Below, one piece after another: positions 22,533-24,000 of a stretch of 24,000 nucleotides of DNA; position 1 is the stretch's first letter, and each line of letters starts with the position of its first letter. Both the position numbers and the translations under genes were made by a program. Below the pieces are notes generated by a model. The model was not told where the DNA came from and did no database searches. It was given only the letters and a program-made list of their open reading frames with translations. This stretch comes from Gammaproteobacteria bacterium Milos-ODIII6 (GTDB lineage Bacteria > Pseudomonadota > Gammaproteobacteria > Chromatiales > Chromatiaceae). The DNA is taken from positions 278,925-302,924 of the forward strand of contig JAPTHR010000001.1 in assembly GCA_029228645.1 (NCBI GenBank), given 5' to 3'.

Positions 22533-23780
22533 TCAGGGCAGTAGGGATTCGCCAGCGAACAGCTCGGCGACTGTCTCGCGACGTCGCACCAGGTGGGCCG
22601 AATCGCCATCGACCATCACCTCGGCCGCGCGTGGCCGCGTGTTGTAGTTCGAGGCCATGCTGAAGCCGTAGGCGCCCGCGGACCGAATCGCGAGCAGGCT
22701 GCCCTCGCGCAGGCGCAGGGAACGGTCCTTGCCAAGGAAGTCGCCGGTCTCGCAGATGGGCCCGACCAGGTCGTATTTCGCCTCCACTCCCTCCGGTTCC
22801 TGTTCGACCGGGAGAATGGTCTGCCACGCCTGGTAGAGCGAAGGACGGATGAGATCGTTCATGGCCGCGTCGATGATGGCGAAGTTGTGGCTCTCGGTGT
22901 GCTTGAGGTACTCGACCCGCGTCAGGAGCACGCCCGCATTGGCTGCGATGGCGCGACCGGGTTCGATGAGCAGTTCGTACGGCGCATCACCGAGGCGCGC
23001 CGCAAGCGCTTGGGCATATTCATCGGGTTGCGGAGGCTGCTCATCCCTGTAACGCACCCCGAGGCCCCCGCCGAGATCGATATGTTCGATCCTGATTCCC
23101 TCGTTTTGCAGTCGTTCCACCAGTGCCAGGACGCGGTCCAGCGCATCCAGGAAGGGGGCGAGGTCGGTCAACTGCGAGCCGATATGGCAGTCGATGCCGG
23201 CGACATGGATATTGGGCAGTTCGCTGGCGCGTTGGTAGATCCGCAGGGCTTCGTTGATCTCGATACCGAACTTGTTTTCCTTCAGCCCGGTGGAGATGTA
23301 CGGGTGGGTCTTCGCATCCACGTCCGGATTCACTCGCAGGGATACCGGGGCGACCTTGTCCATTTCCGCCGCCACCCTGTTGAGACGCTCCAGCTCGGCC
23401 TCCGACTCGACGTTGAAACAGCGGATCCCCAGTTCCAGGGCGCGTCGCATCTCCGGCCCGCTCTTGCCCACGCCCGAGAACACCACTCGCGAGGGGTCAC
23501 CGCCCGCCGCGATCACCCGCTCCAGCTCACCGCCGGAGACGATGTCAAAGCCGGATCCGAGGCGCGCCAGAACATTCAGCACCGCGAGATTGGAATTCGC
23601 TTTGACCGCGAAACAGACCAGATGGGCGCGGCCCGAGAAGGCCTTGTCGAACGCCCGCCAGTGTCGCTCCAGGGTCGCTCGCGAGTAGACGTAGCAAGGG
23701 GTACCATATCGTTCGGCGATATTTCGCAGAGGTACGTCCTCGGCAAACAGTTCGCCGTCCCGATACGCGAAGTGGTCCAT
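22533..23780 (-). CDS. lysA: diaminopimelate decarboxylase
   Basis: From the ATG at 23780 the protein reads MDHFAYRDGELFAEDVPLRNIAERYGTPCYVYS...CFAVKANSNLAVLNVLARLGSGFDIVSGGEL...HIGSQ...DLGGGLGV.Y...EPGR...GPICETGD (415 aa), with the PLP-Lys motif AVKAN. The 480-aa track ORF is over-extended. Confidence 0.95.
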   Translation of the reverse strand: MDHFAYRDGELFAEDVPLRNIAERYGTPCYVYSRATLERHWRAFDKAFSGRAHLVCFAVKANSNLAVLNVLARLGSGFDIVSGGELERVIAAGGDPSRVVFSGVGKSGPEMRRALELGIRCFNVESEAELERLNRVAAEMDKVAPVSLRVNPDVDAKTHPYISTGLKENKFGIEINEALRIYQRASELPNIHVAGIDCHIGSQLTDLAPFLDALDRVLALVERLQNEGIRIEHIDLGGGLGVRYRDEQPPQPDEYAQALAARLGDAPYELLIEPGRAIAANAGVLLTRVEYLKHTESHNFAIIDAAMNDLIRPSLYQAWQTILPVEQEPEGVEAKYDLVGPICETGDFLGKDRSLRLREGSLLAIRSAGAYGFSMASNYNTRPRAAEVMVDGDSAHLVRRRETVAELFAGESLLP

Positions 23781-23893
23781 CAGTCGTCCGCCTGCTGCTG
23801 CGGTTCGTCCGGCAGGAACAGCGGGCCTTTCTGTCCGCAGCCGGTCAGCAACAGAATGGCGGCGAGCAGTGCCGTGGCGAGGATAGGGCGCAT
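23780..23893 (-). CDS. lptM: small lipoprotein LptM (YifL/LppL family)
   Basis: Not in the ORF track because it is only 37 codons. The minus strand from ATG 23893 reads MRPILATALLAAILLLTGCGQKGPLFLPDEPQQQADD*, with the lipobox LLTGC followed by the GQKGPL(Y/F)LP signature. Its stop overlaps the lysA ATG by 1 nt (TGATG). Its position upstream of lysA/dapF is conserved. Confidence 0.85.
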   Translation of the reverse strand: MRPILATALLAAILLLTGCGQKGPLFLPDEPQQQADD

Positions 23894-24000
23894 CTATAGT
23901 TCCGCTAACTGGATCGGGCGCTGAGTATAACGCTGTTTTCAGGGTCGAAAGAGCTGGGGGAGGAATGACAGACAATCCGGATCCACCGATCGTGATCGAT

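Noticed and set aside
23965-24000. Possible start of a plus-strand gene (ATG 23965, MTDNPDPPIVID...) divergent from lptM.
   Set aside because: Only 12 codons are visible. The GGAGG-like run ends 1-2 nt from the ATG, which is poor spacing. The peptide does not resemble CyaY, which often occupies this position. There is too little sequence to support a call.
1-24000. Window-wide check for mobile elements, CRISPR arrays, tRNA/rRNA genes, toxin-antitoxin pairs or defence islands.
   Set aside because: I found no transposase, phage or integrase-like ORF other than the housekeeping xerC. There are no direct-repeat/spacer arrays and no cloverleaf-sized conserved intergenic segments. All non-coding gaps except 1480-1888 are 173 bp or shorter. 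The window is essentially conserved core genome.

Overview
This is a visibly GC-rich, tightly packed chromosomal core region with gammaproteobacterial-type synteny; the taxon is inferred from gene order only. I can support about 27 protein genes and found no rRNA, tRNA, CRISPR array, transposase, integrase (other than the housekeeping xerC) or recognisable defence or toxin module. Left arm, minus strand: gpsA (5' end only), secB, a YibN-like rhodanese and a YgaV-like ArsR regulator. A 409-bp AT-rich spacer then precedes a plus-strand cell-envelope string, gpmI-envC-ctpA-yibQ-yajL plus an orphan 435-aa membrane-anchored protein. The long minus-strand block is ubiB-ubiJ-ubiE-DUF971, fbaB, hslU-hslV, a GGDEF/EAL sensor with its coupled PhnD-like binding protein, xerC, DUF484 (yigA) and dapF. 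Two plus-strand genes, a Lys-rich histone-H1-like/DUF2934 protein and a small secreted orphan, separate dapF from lysA and lptM; lptM is a 37-codon lipoprotein gene absent from the ORF track. I see no clear-cut novel system. The least-explained parts are: (i) the two-gene insert splitting the normally contiguous lysA/dapF cluster; (ii) the translationally coupled binding-protein plus c-di-GMP sensor pair wedged between xerC and hslVU; (iii) the two-Cys ArsR/rhodanese pair with tandem terminators and a repeat-rich 409-bp spacer; (iv) the orphan 435-aa protein ending the envelope operon. All family assignments come from reading the translations against remembered family signatures. No database search was run.
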